Below are positions 1 through 11,704 of a DNA stretch of 50,267 nucleotides, one piece after another. The notes beneath the pieces were generated by a model. That model saw only the letters and a list, made by a program, of their open reading frames with translations, was not told the DNA's origin and made no database searches. The position numbers and the translations under genes are program-made. The stretch comes from Octopus bimaculoides (taxonomy: Eukaryota). The first letter of the stretch is position 1. Every line of letters starts with the position of its first letter. The stretch covers positions 34,771,407 through 34,821,673 of the forward strand of contig NC_068982.1 in NCBI RefSeq assembly GCF_001194135.2, read 5' to 3'.

Positions 1-6
1 TATATA

Positions 7-422
7 GGCGCAGGAGTGGGTGTGTGGTAAGTAGCTTGCTTACCAACCACATGGTTCCTGGTTCAGTCCCACTGTGTGGCATTTTGGGCAAGTGTCTTGT
101 ACTATAGCCTCGGGCCAACCAAAGCCTTGTGAGTGGATTTGGTAGACGGAGACTGAAAGAAGCCTGTCGTATATATGTTTATATATATATATGTATATAT
201 ATATGTGTGTGTGTCTGTGTTTATCCCCCTAGCATTGCTTGACAACCGATGCTAGTGTGTTTATGTCCCCGTCACTTAGCGGTTCGGCAAAAGAGACCGA
301 TAGAATAAGTACTAGGCTTACAAAGAATAAGACCCGGGGTCGATTTGCTCGACTAAAGGCGGTGCTCCAGCATGGCCGCAGTCAAATGACTGAAACAACT
401 AAAAGAGTAAAAGAGTAAAGAG
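7..422 (+). mobile_element. SINE family A, full length (tRNA-like head, central TA/TG microsatellite, LINE-like tail)
   Basis: Head 'ggcgcaggagtgggtgtgtggtaagtagcttgct...ggttcagtccc' with A/B-box-like motifs, CORE-like 'ttgggcaagtgtctt', tail '...ggtgctccagcatggccgcagtc...gagtaaaagagtaaag'. About 10 further partial copies occur in the window. Confidence 0.9.
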
Positions 423-531
423 TATATGTATTTATGTATATATATGTATGTATGTATGTATGTACACCCAGGACTAGATATAAGTCACTTTGTGTGAGTA
501 TGTGTATGAATGTGTGTGTGCATATACACGA

Positions 532-540
<9 letters not shown>

Positions 541-578
<38 letters not shown>

Positions 579-1169
579 NNNNNNNNNNNNNNNNNNNNNN
601 NNNNNNNNNNNNNNNNNNNNNNNNNNNNNNNNNNNNNNNNNNNNNNNNNNNNNNNNNNNNNNNNNNNNNNNNNNNNNNNNNNNNNNNNNNNNNNNNNNNN
701 NNNNNNNNNNNNNNNNNNNNNNNNNNNNNNNNNNNNNNNNNNNNNNNNNNNNNNNNNNNNNNNNNNNNNNNNNNNNNNNNNNNNNNNNNNNNNNNNNNNN
801 NNNNNNNNNNNNNNNNNNNNNNNNNNNNNNNNNNNNNNNNNNNNNNNNNNNNNNNNNNNNNNNNNNNNNNNNNNNNNNNNNNNNNNNNNNNNNNNNNNNN
901 NNNNNNNNNNNNNNNNNNNNNNNNNNNNNNNNNNNNNNNNNNNNNNNNNNNNNNNNNNNNNNNNNNNNNNNNNNNNNNNNNNNNNNNNNNNNNNNNNNNN
1001 NNNNNNNNNNNNNNNNNNNNNNNNNNNNNNNNNNNNNNNNNNNNNNNNNNNNNNNNNNNNNNNNNNNNNNNNNNNNNNNNNNNNNNNNNNNNNNNNNNNN
1101 NNNNNNNNNNNNNNNNNNNNNNNNNNNNNNNNNNNNNNNNNNNNNNNNNNNNNNNNNNNNNNNNNNNNN

Positions 1170-1247
<78 letters not shown>
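541..1247. repeat. (TA)n, assembly gap 579-1169, (TG)n
   Basis: Directly visible; explains the six overlapping X-rich ORFs at 382-1563. Confidence 0.98.
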
Positions 1248-1251
<4 letters not shown>

Positions 1252-1289
1252 TACGTGTATATGCACACACACATACACACACAAACTAA

Positions 1290-1736
1290 CTTATATCTAG
1301 TCCTGGGTATGACTGGGTTTCGAGAAGTGTTGATCCACTCATTACCCGTTATTTATCGCAAATCTACTCTGAATCGGTGTAGTGGCACGTTTCATGGTCT
1401 CAGCTATGTGTTAAGTACTAGCTATGGAGGAAGCGCCAAGCCCAAACCCTTACTTTTTTCTGAGTGCTCTGGGAAAACAAAAGGCTACGCAGTCAGCCTC
1501 GAAAACAAATCAAGGAGGTCCTGTTCCCTCTTTGAGACCCTTCCTCCAGCTCCGGGTAGGTAGAGCTTTTCAGTCCTGCAACACAATTCACCTTGGAGAA
1601 GGCCTCTTTAATGTAAAACCTACATCTTGCTCGTCACCGCTGACTGCCCCCACATTTTGAAATACTAGGTACAGGCAGGAAGAAAATCCCTGCAACATCA
1701 AGTATTGGTTTAAATAGCTATATGAGGGCTTGTCAA
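1290..1736 (+). mobile_element. Possible 5' UTR-like remnant of an RTE-type LINE
   Basis: GC-richer non-coding block with 'ttggagaaggcctctttaatgtaaaacc', loosely resembling RTE 5' UTRs from memory; no coding match. Confidence 0.2.
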
Positions 1737-1812
1737 NNNNNNNNNNNNNNNNNNNNNNNNNNNNNNNNNNNNNNNNNNNNNNNNNNNNNNNNNNNNNACG
1801 CGCACGCACGCA

Positions 1813-1849
<37 letters not shown>

Positions 1850-1884
1850 ACACACACACACACACATATATACATATGTGTGAA

Positions 1885-2125
1885 TTATTTCTTATTTCTT
1901 TATTGCCCACAAGGGGCTAAACATAGAGGGGACAAACAAGGACAGACAAACGGATTAAGTCGATTATAACGACCCCAGTGCGTAACTGGTACTTATTTAA
2001 TCGACCCCGAAAGGATGAAAGGCTAAGTCGACCTCGGCGGAATTTGAACTCAGAACGTAGCGGCAGACGAAATACCGTTAAGCATTTTGCCCGGCGTGCT
2101 AATGTTTCTGCCAGATCGCCGCCTT
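1885..2125 (-). mobile_element. SINE family B, full length
   Basis: Reverse complement of 'ggcggcgatctggcagaaacattagcacgccgggc...gttctgagttcaaattccgccgaggtcgac...tttcatcctttcggggtcgat...aagtaccagtt', ending in an 'aaagaaataag' tail. Confidence 0.9.
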
Positions 2126-2189
2126 TGAATTATTTCTGTTAACGATTAACTGTGGACAAAATATACGGGGAGGAGAACTCTAAAACTTG

Positions 2190-2408
2190 CGAGGGGTTGC
2201 TGAAAAGTTCCTGGCTTTAAGGATATCGTAAAAGGCTTGGTCCAAGGCGCAACCTTCCGAGTTCATTTTACTGGGTTTAGAAAAACTGAATGACCACTGC
2301 GGTAAGTGTGTGAATCTGAGAGGAGAATATGTTGAATAAAATCATAATTAACTGATCGTCTTGCATTTTCTTTTACCCAAAGCCAGGAACATTTCAGCCC
2401 TCACTTCG
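2190..2408 (+). mobile_element. Mariner-derived MITE (internally deleted)
   Basis: Imperfect TIRs 'cgaggggttgctgaaaagttcctggcttt' / 'aaagccaggaacatttcagccctcacttcg' with TA at the right flank. The interior encodes the mariner C-terminal remnant KCVNLRGEYVE*. Confidence 0.75.
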
Positions 2409-3266
2409 TATGTTAAAGATCGAATATGGGTATGTGGCAAGGGGTTGTCTGGTTAATAATTTACGATATGTTTTGAATTCCAATTGCTTTATCTTTTAAA
2501 CTACCCCTTAGCTAGCTTAGAGATATCTGTGACTATTTTGGTACAGATATGTAAAAAAGAAAGAAAAGCACAGTAAAAAAAATCAAAACATAATGTATAA
2601 ATATAAAGAATGCATGTATAAAAAAGAATAAAAATGTGATTTACAACTACTTTACATTACCTACATTGGTACAAGATTGGAAATTTAAGGACAGTTGTAC
2701 TGAAGTGGTAAAGCATTGAATAAATGTCTCTTTACGTATATATTCATACATATGTACGTATGTACGTGTGCGTGTGTGTAGTGAGTCTTTCCTAGAAAGA
2801 GGAATGCGATGTCGATGGCGGGCAAGTGATTCGAACTCGCTTCTATGTATATTATCGGCGACCGAATTAAGTGAATATTTCTCAGACAATCAACGATTAA
2901 CATGTAATTATATCAACAAAAATGCCTTAATTGTTGATGGCAGTCATTGACCCATTACAGCAACCGAAGGCTGTCACGGATATGCAGTGATGCAACAGTA
3001 TATAGCTAACGTTGGCATACAACAACCAGTGATCTCCAATAGCTAGTCACCTTGATAAAACTCTTACAGAAAAACAGCCGTTTACAACTATACAGCCAAG
3101 ACAGCTTAAACTTTTCCATACTGAAAACAATAATTCCATTATTTTTCCAGCATACTTTCATTATATCACGTGTTAACTGGAGTGTCATACAATTATAGAC
3201 ACACTTTGTGCAGACATGCCGTTTGCGTACTCACTTGTATGTCCATGTGTTAGTGTTATACTGATG

Positions 3267-3468
3267 TCAAATTTTGGCACAAAGTCAGCAATTTCGGGGA
3301 GGGAGTAATTACATTGACTCCAGTGTTCAACTGGTACTTATTTTATCGACCCCGATATCATGAAAGGCAGAGTTCACTTCGGCGAAATTTAAACTCAGAA
3401 CGTAAAGATGGACGAAATGCCGCGAAGCATTCTGCCCGGCGTGCTAACTATTCTGTCAGCTCGCCGCA
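3267..3468 (-). mobile_element. SINE family B
   Basis: Same core as 1885-2125 with the 'tcaaattttggcacaaag' tail variant. Confidence 0.85.
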
Positions 3469-4079
3469 TTCCGTGTTAGTTCTATATTAACATGCATTTA
3501 AGCACTTTCGAATATAACAGTCACACGCACACTCCGTCTTCTGTAAATTATAACATTCATTTGACTTGTTTCAGAACGTTCTTCCAAATTTAGAACATCT
3601 TGTTGCCAAAATTTAAGCTCTTTTATATAATCAATAATTTTGACTTGCTAATCAGACTTATGAAAGTCAAGCTAACTTTTTGTCAAATAGTTATTTTATA
3701 ATTACTAAGTGTTCGTATTTTGGAGTGCATTAATTATAGAAAAAATTCAATGTTATGTAAGCTGTTAGACAACGCTGGCGTGACCTGCACACTCATGGCA
3801 GCAAAAATATGATCCTTGTGTGAGACGAGGAGAGGTAAATACTATTAACTTTTACAGTAAAGCCTTTATAGCTGATAATTTGATGAATTAACCATACAGG
3901 AACTCTTTGGTGTAACCAACAGAGTGGCCGTCCCGTATATGGCAGATACTTGGTTCAAATCTCGCTAGTGGTTCTGTTATGCTTTTTCTATCTTATGTAA
4001 TACGTTTTGAGTTTTCTACAGACTCTCATATCCTTAATGTAATTCATAACAGAATCAGCATGATGTAATATGCTACAAG

Positions 4080-4863
4080 GCTGGAGATTGTCTCGGAACC
4101 CACTGAAATGGCTCCTGAACTACTGCTGTGTCACATTGGACACAGGAGAAGGAACGCTGTCTTACCCGAATACGGAATTATCTCCAAATGCTTCGGTCAC
4201 CATGTCAAAACATTATCTCCAACACTTTCATTTTAAATTGCCGAATTGACTTTCGTCCCCTCTTTAATGAACACTAGAAGAGATTTTGCACCATCGGATA
4301 ACACTGTCGTTCAAACTATCACTCCGGCGGGTTTCATTCGGCGAAACACCATATGGGCGCCTTCGGAAACAGCATCCGATCTCGTGGTCAAAATCCTGTC
4401 ATTCTGGGTGTTCGCTGCAGCGTCCACAGTGAATATGAAGATGTAAGCATTGTTACTGGTGCTCTGAATCTCCTCCGCCATTTTCTTGCATCTGTTCAGT
4501 TGCTTTGCTTTGGAAGCGGCCGAAATTAGGTGTCGTTGCAATTTTGATGACTTAAAAATTTAAGTCTTCATGCACGACCCGTTGCGTGTTTGTCTGAGAG
4601 TTATCGAGAATTTTAGCTATTTGCCCTATGCATCGTCATGGATTTCGTGACATTTTCTTTCGGACAATATCCACCAATTGGTTCATCGTAACGGATCGTT
4701 TTTGGCAAGGAATGAACTTGCTGTCGATTGAACCTGTCTCATTGTAGCGTTTCATGACACTATAGTCTGTTTTAGGATCAACACTAACCAATGGAGCCAC
4801 GTCTTTAGTGCTATATCCTGCTTTTTACAGAGCTACAATCCCACTTTGCCTATTAGCTGTCAT
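4080..4863 (-). pseudogene. Tc1/mariner-superfamily transposase relic, maT (DD37D)-like
   Basis: Reading across stops and frameshifts from ATG 4863: MTANRQSGIVAL*KAGYSTKDVA..KRYNETGSI..VDIVRKKMSRNP, IFTVDAAANTQNDRIL, VFRRMKPAGV, SDGAKSLLVFIKEGTKVN. The NxQNDR and PxGVMVW-type motifs are typical of maT-like transposases. Confidence 0.8.
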
Positions 4864-5033
4864 ATTGAAAAGTTTTACTAGCCGAATATAAACAAACAAT
4901 GGAGTGTACCTGAACAATTGAATGTCGAAGAGCGCATTTTAATTATTCTTGTGCAATTTCAAATTAAATTTGATAAAATAAACTTATTTAAATAATCAGG
5001 AATTCTTTACGGCGCACGTCATATTATACACAG

Positions 5034-5049
5034 TATGTATACATGCATG

Positions 5050-5083
<34 letters not shown>

Positions 5084-5188
5084 TGTATGTATGTATGTAT
5101 GTATGTTTGTGTGTGTGTGTGTGTATGCGGTGGAAGTGTATGCATATCTCCCTCTACTTATTTCTCTCTCTCTCCATATGTATATATG

Positions 5189-5223
<35 letters not shown>

Positions 5224-5280
5224 TGATATATAATAGAGAAGGAGAGAAGAAAATAAGTGTGTGTGTGTGTGTGTGTGTTG
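5034..5280. repeat. Compound microsatellite (TATG)n/(TG)n/(TACA)n
   Basis: Directly visible. Confidence 0.95.
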
Positions 5281-5569
5281 ATGTGGTTGATAGAAACTTT
5301 CAGTATGATCTCTTAAGAATACATGAATTCTCGAACAAACCATGAACAAACCATCTACGTGGTCGCTCGAGTCAATAGCACTCAAATCTCCCTCAGATCA
5401 CTCGGCAACTGTCTCTACGGAAAGGGCACATGAGAAAATGTAGACCAAAATGAGATAATCACAGGTCTGTGCCATCGTAGTTGATCTTGGCTAAAACAGA
5501 ATGCCCTTTCAACTTTTTCAGTCATGCGGGAGTCTTGCCTTTTGTGGTTAGTCGAACAATTCCACCCCA

Positions 5570-5652
5570 ATACTTGTACTATAAGTAACCAATTTAGTAC
5601 TTATCGTATCGGTTCTCTTTTACTGGACCGTAAGACTATAGGNNNNNNNNNN

Positions 5653-5683
<31 letters not shown>

Positions 5684-5815
5684 ACACACACACACAGCGG
5701 ACTTCAACAGTTTCTGTCTATTAAATCCATTCGCAAGGCTTTGATTGGATCAGAGCTACAGTAGAAAGGACTTACCCAAGGTACCACGCAGTAGGACTGA
5801 ACCCCAACCCACATG
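5570..5815 (-). mobile_element. SINE family A, degraded, split by gap 5643-5652
   Basis: 'gtacttatcgtatcggttctctttt' and 'acagtttctgtctattaaatccattcgcaaggcttt...cccaaggtaccacgcagtaggactgaacc' are reverse complements of family A. Confidence 0.75.
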
Positions 5816-5912
5816 AATATATTTTTTCTAATGAGATGCATCCTACATTTCCTTACCAGCGTCATTAACGACATATTTGGAGATTAAATACTTTCAAGAA
5901 ATGAAACCATCC

Positions 5913-6199
5913 TAGTAGTAGTAGTAGTAGAGGTGGTGACGGTGGAGCTAGTAGTAGTAGTGGTGGTGGTAGCAGAAATAGTCGTGGTAGCAGCAGCAGC
6001 AGCAGCAGTAGTAGTAGTGATGATGGTGCTAGAAGTGGTGAAGAAAGTATTAGTGGTAGTAATAGTGATAGCGATAGTAGTGGTGGTGGTGGTGGTGGTA
6101 GTAAAAGTAGTGGTGGTGGTGGTAGTAGTAGTATTAGTTGTAGTGGTGATGGTAGTAATACTGATAGTAGCAGTGGTGGTAGTAGAAGTAGTGGTGTAT

Positions 6200-6234
<35 letters not shown>

Positions 6235-6325
6235 TTGGTGGTGGTGGTGGTGGTGATGGTGGGGCTGAGGTACTGGTTCAGCAGTAGTAGTACGTGTACT
6301 GGTGGTGCTGGTGGTGGTAGGGGTC
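5913..6325. repeat. Low-complexity (GTA)n/(GTG)n/(GCA)n trinucleotide region
   Basis: Directly visible; source of the poly-L/P/T/V ORFs. Confidence 0.95.
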
Positions 6326-6749
6326 GTAGCATATTCACAAATGAGCTCTCATCGAGCATTCATATGATTAAAGGATGAAATCATTTAATGTCCCGTTTCT
6401 TTTCTAAGACGTAAGAGACAGACTAATTAATTAACAACACAGTAATTAAGAAGTATGGAATATGGAGTTAAATCCAAAATGATAGGAAGAAATGAAAAAT
6501 AGTGTTTTTTAAACTTTAGATTTCTAAAAATTATAATTCAATAAAAATTATGTACGAATTTAGAATCAAGAAGATTAGCCGCAGATGATAATGCGCTTAA
6601 TCCGGCGCCTCTTTTATACCACCACCTGGTACTTCAGCTTCTTTTAGTAAAGTTCACTCTGTCGCAAGTATACGAACCAAATTTCCGGTTTGACGATAGC
6701 TTCCCCCTCCGTCCCAAAAGCCTCGGAGGATTTTGAGCAATGCCTTCTC

Positions 6750-7440
6750 ACCAAAGTATAAAAAAGACACGACAAATCATTACGCAACAAGGGACAACCC
6801 AATTAATTCCATGTAGTCACAACAGAAGTTGCTGGAAAACATAGGTGGGATTGTCTGAAGAAAGTAACATTGACAAACAGAGACTGCGAGCACTATACTG
6901 GCAGTGCAAGACCGAGCATTGGCCACGAATTCGAGGGTTAACTTTAAGAACAAGCAAGTGTCACCGATGTACCGCATCTGTAATAGAGTGGATGAAACCA
7001 TTGCCCATATCACGAACGACTGCCCTAGACTTACCCCAAACCACTACAAGTTATGGCGACACGATAAGGTAGCAAAAGTGTTTCAATGGAACTGCGAAAA
7101 GTGGGGGATTGGGGGAGGCAAGATGTAGTATGAAAAAAAACCGCAGAGAGTGGCGGAGCCGGAGACTTTCACAATCCTCTTGGATTTCCCAATCCAAACA
7201 GGTCAGGTGCTACAGCATAACAGATCGGAACTTGTGGTGGTCGGCAAGGTGTACCACACGTGCCCTTTTGACCCATGAATAGTCAAAAAGGAAGGTGAAA
7301 AAATAGATAAATATAGCCCCTTTAAGTACGAAATAGCCCGGCTATGGAAAATGAAGAAGGTGAAGATAGTGCCAATTATTGTTGGGACAGTATCAGAAAG
7401 CATCAATATTTTTCCGTCACATGCTGGTATCTTTCATACA
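6750..7440 (+). mobile_element. R4/Dong-like non-LTR retrotransposon 3' fragment (zinc knuckle plus restriction-like endonuclease)
   Basis: Frameshifted ILAVQDRALATN..YRICNRVDETIAHITNDCPRL..YKLWRHDKVAK..WNCEKWG, then SELVVV and EKIDKYSPFKYEIARLWKMKKVKIVPIIVG. This CCHC-like knuckle plus RLE layout is typical of R4/Dong/NeSL-group elements. Confidence 0.8.
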
Positions 7441-8005
7441 ATCCTTTTGAAATGCCATCGAAATTTTGGTGCCAGTTAATCACTAAAGGAATTCTGTCAC
7501 ATATTGTATTGTGTTTGCTAAAATTATGTGTGAAGGTCTGACTATCTTTGCTAATCTTAGCTATTTCACTTATTATTTTCTTTAATCGTGATTCACTGCA
7601 ACTGCGTTTGACATAATGATATGCAAAAGCATTTGCATGTTTTCAGTAATCCCCAATACAAATCCGTTTCATCCTCAAAAATTGGGATTTCGGATTTGAC
7701 CGAATTATGGCGATGTGGATGATCGAAGCAGTGGTAGAAGTAAATGTGGGATGACGCGGGCTTGCAAAATAACTCTTGTCACTATTCTGCCTCCAGAAAA
7801 CTTAACTTTTGTGTCCAAAAATTCAACACTAGTTTTTGAAAAACTAGACATAAATTTTATGCAGGGCTTTAAGCCATAGTTTTAGCATAACAGTCACAGA
7901 AATGCAAGTAGTCAATTAAACTATCCCGTGATCCTTCTGAGACAAAAAAAAAAGACGCTATCAATGAACCGTAACCAGAGTATTGGTTCATGACTATGTA
8001 GGGAT

Positions 8006-8735
8006 TCAGTAATTCAGTAATTGTGTCATAAAGACATTCGCGAAATTAACTGCCATGGGCGTACCCATAGCACACCCCCTCGTCTGGTGGTAAAATTTTT
8101 GTCCAAACTTCATTGTGTTACTTTGTAACACAAACCTCAATAACATACAGAGAAAATTTGATGGAATACTTTTGCTTGACCGCTTTTCGAAGGCATCCAT
8201 GCATGCTTCTACCCCTTCATTGTGGTTAATATTGGGATGTAAGGAAGAAACATCCATGGTTACCAAAATCAATTTTCGACATGGCTTCGGTACTTAAAAT
8301 ATTGTTGATTTTAGGCACAAAATCAAAAGTATTCTGAATATAGGAACTTGATCCTTTTGCGACAGGGAATAGAAAGCCAGCCAGTCATTCCGAAATCTTG
8401 GCTGTACAACATTCATATCCGCTGCAAATTAAACGTATTGGAGGAAATCTTTCGAACTTTTTGTGTTTTTTTTAGGAGAGCGTAAAATACAGGTGTTCTT
8501 TCTGACTGTAAAATTCTGAATTCGGCCTTATTAATGAAATTGTTTTCCTCCATTTCCAGAATTATTTTGTCAAGTTCCTCTCTGTAATTCGGGGTTGGAT
8601 CGACAGGTAATTCTTCATATGAAGTTTTGTCACATAAAACTTCTTCACAAGCCGAAATATACTCACTTTTGTCCATAATTACGATAGCCCCTTCCTTATC
8701 TGCCATTTTAATAACAATAGAATCGTTATTAGCTA
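8006..8735 (-). mobile_element. Penelope-like element reverse transcriptase fragment
   Basis: NNDSIVIKMADKEGAIVIMDKSEY..SYEELPVDPT..PVFYALLK, then ILVTMDVSSLHPNINH..FYHQTRGCAMGTPMAVNFANVFM. These match the PLE motifs ADKG, DVxSLYxNI and GxAMG. Truncated before YxDD. Confidence 0.88.
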
Positions 8736-9043
8736 GACGAAGGGTTCCAGTTGATCCGATCAATGGAAACAGCCTGCTCATGAAATTAACGTGTAAGTGG
8801 CGGAGCACTCTACAGACTAGCGTACTCATAACATAGTTCTCAGTGAGATTCAGTGTGACACAGAATGCGACAAGGCTGGCCATTTGAAATACAGGTACTA
8901 CACATTGTTGCCAGTTGAGTAGATTGGAGTAACGCAAAATAAAGTGTCTTGCTCAAGGGAATAACGCCCTGCTGCCAGCTATCGAACTCACGACCTTATT
9001 ATCGTGGGCCGAATACCCTATCCACTTAGCTACGTACCTCCAC
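8736..9043 (-). mobile_element. SINE family C-related (older subfamily) abutting the Penelope RT
   Basis: Reverse complement of a tRNA-like head ('gtggaggtacgtagctaagtggatagggtattcggccc') and of the family C tail 'ggatcaactggaaccctt'. Confidence 0.85.
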
Positions 9044-9709
9044 TTAGGAACGTTTGCTGTAATGCGGGATTTAGAGGTGACATTATGGTTATTTTAAGCA
9101 AGTTGCGCGACTACATACCGCTTCCCAAAGTTTGCAATAGTAAGTAGTCAGTCATAGCCACAGAGAGTGGTTGATCGTGAGTGGTTAAGTTCTTTAACTA
9201 TAAACATATCGCAAACAAGGTAGACGCGAAAGGAAACAACCAACTCTTCAACCACTACCTTGGCACTTTACATTGTAAACAAACTTCGCGTATGCGTTTT
9301 TTTTCCAATCATCTTGTTGAGAACAAATAAATAAACAAACAAACAAACAAACAAACAAACAAACCACAGCTGGCTTGTTATTTACCTTCATTTCATTCAC
9401 TGATTCTGTTTTGTAAAACATTGATTTTTTTTTATGCTCATCACTTCTACTTTGATGTACAAAGTTGTATTTTGCGGCGAGAAGAGTTGTATTCTGCAAA
9501 GGTAAACCAGAAATAAACTTCCGGCCAGCGGATCCTACAATGCTGGTAATATTTTATTTGATTTACGTCGTTAATATTCTTGTAAAAAGAACAGATGTCA
9601 CGACATCCTTAAAATACAGCATGGTCGCTGTCTTTGATCGTTGTTTTCTCGATCAGGATTTACTTAAGGTCACAATGTGACATAATAACATGTCTAAACA
9701 AGGAAAAAA

Positions 9710-9880
9710 ATCTTATAGCTGTGTGGTTAAGAAATCCGCTTTGCAAACACGTCGTCCTGGGTCCGATACTGCTGTGTGGTTCCTTGGATAATTTAATTCT
9801 AACGAAGCTTCGAGTTGACCAAAAAAACCCTCAAGTCTGCAGAGAGCCTCGGGCTAACCAACCATATAGTTGACCAAAGG
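9710..9880 (+). mobile_element. SINE family A head, degraded
   Basis: 'agctgtgtggttaagaaatccgctttgcaaacacgtcgtcctgggtccgatactgctgtgtggttccttgg'. Confidence 0.5.
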
Positions 9881-9999
9881 TTTTGAGAGGCAAATTTGGT
9901 AGGGAGAAATTCTGAGTAAAGAAATCACAAAAAACAAACAAACACCAAACAAGGCACCAGAGAGAAAAAAAAAATCAAATAGCGTACTCCCAGAAAAAT

Positions 10000-10620
10000 T
10001 CCATACCCGTACAATAGTTTCTTTAAACAAATATGCCATCCATCTAAACCGTCATCAGCTCTAGTAACGGCCCTGATATAGCCATGAAGCAACTATATCC
10101 GAGGATCAGATGATCCCTGTCCATGCTTCTGGTCTTTGGCACGTCATGTGGAACCCACTTATCCAACTTTTTCACTTTGCCGATTTGAACTAGGTGAGTC
10201 AATATTATTTGCTTACTAACACCAAACAACAACAATAATTCATGGGCACTTTGAGGTAGATCTAACTCGACGGTGGCTTTCTGTTCCTTATTATCCACCT
10301 TTGTTTCTGGTCGACTGCATTGCTCATTTGTGAGGTCAAAGTTACCGGAACGAAATTTTGCAAACCAATTTGATACTGTCTGCTGTATCAAATAGAATGA
10401 AATACTTCATTATTAATATTCCGAGCTATCTGTAATGCTGTATTTCCAAGAGAGAACTCATATTTCAAAACTGTACGAATTTCCGACGTATCCATCTCTA
10501 AACAAAAATTGCAAAAAACGATTTATAAATACTTTATAAAGTGCAAAATGAGTTAGAATAAAGAAATAGATGTGTCAGCTTTCTAACAAAAAATAAAGAT
10601 TGTCGAAATATAATAATGGC
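10000..10620 (-). pseudogene. Mariner transposase relic (N-terminal HTH retained, catalytic domain largely deleted)
   Basis: From ATG 10495: MDTSEIRTVLKYEFSLGNTALQIARNINN.., then TVSNWFAKFRSGNFDL..RPETKVDN..IGKVKKLDKWVPH. WVPHEL-type motif present; unrelated-looking sequence follows. Confidence 0.9.
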
Positions 10621-11704
10621 GCATATACACGCCTTGTAGAATTTCGTTCTGTGTCAGTGGACTCTCCTTACGTGCAGTCGACTTTTTGTCTTTTACCAGA
10701 GTGATGAAGTAAAAGCAAATGCATTCTTATTGGTGTCAGTGGCTTAAAAACCTTTCAAGAATGTGCTCCAGTATGGCTGCAGTCTAATGAAAGAAACCAG
10801 TAACAGAATAAAATAATATTCTATAATTACTTTAGAACGTTCGGTTAATTAACATGATCGTTAGAGATTTGTTTCTACTTTCATTTAATAACAGCAGTAT
10901 ATTTACGTTATGCATCTCTAACGTACTTCTAGTATAGCCAGGAAGAGCGTAGAGTTTGCTACGAATCGCGTGTTTTTCAGCATTCAACGTAATACGACGA
11001 AATATTTAGATGCTTTACTCACTACATTTACCAGTCTTTACTACAGTTTTCATTCATTTCTTTAATTTATGTGTTATTTTATTTGTGATTGAATTTAATA
11101 AAAGTAGAGTGCGGTCAACATATGTTTGTAAAACAATCAATTTGACTAATAACGGTACTGATGCCAGGAAAGTTGGAATATGAAGACTGATGATAACCTG
11201 ATTAATAATTTGTATTGGAGTGTTAAAAACATTACATAGATATGAAAAGTAAACATATCATATTTATAGACTCGAAGATAAGGATAAAATGCTTGTGCAA
11301 AATTAGTATGTTACACGAACCTCGTGCTGGCCAGTCGTAACAATATGCTATTCATCATTTACAAGTCTCCGGTTAGCAAATAACCGTATTTGTTAACACT
11401 TGTGTATTCTTAGCTTTTCTCTTTAATAAACGAGTAATACTTGATTCAGGAGTGTTTCACGTTTATATTTAGAAAGTTTAGGAAGTTTATTCATACTGTG
11501 CAATAGGAAACAAAAGTAACTCTAAAATATTAATTATAATTTTTAAAATTCCAGTGCAGTTAGCAAAACTGTGGAAGTACAGGACTGAATATGTTACAAT
11601 ATTTGACCTTGTTCTTAAACAGTTCGCACTTCTACATTATAAGTAGCTTAAATATTGCCGAAGTTGGTTTTGTTTTTATACACCATAGGTTGTCGAAATA
11701 ATGA

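Noticed and set aside
382-1563. Long ORFs (259-357 aa) in the track here and similar ones at 19495-20152, 26942-27743 and 39137-39753
   Set aside because: Made of N-gap X residues and dinucleotide or trinucleotide repeat translations; not genes.
8413-8937. 174-aa ORF as one protein
   Set aside because: Chimeric: the N-terminal part is antisense SINE sequence (above 8735); only the rest is Penelope RT.
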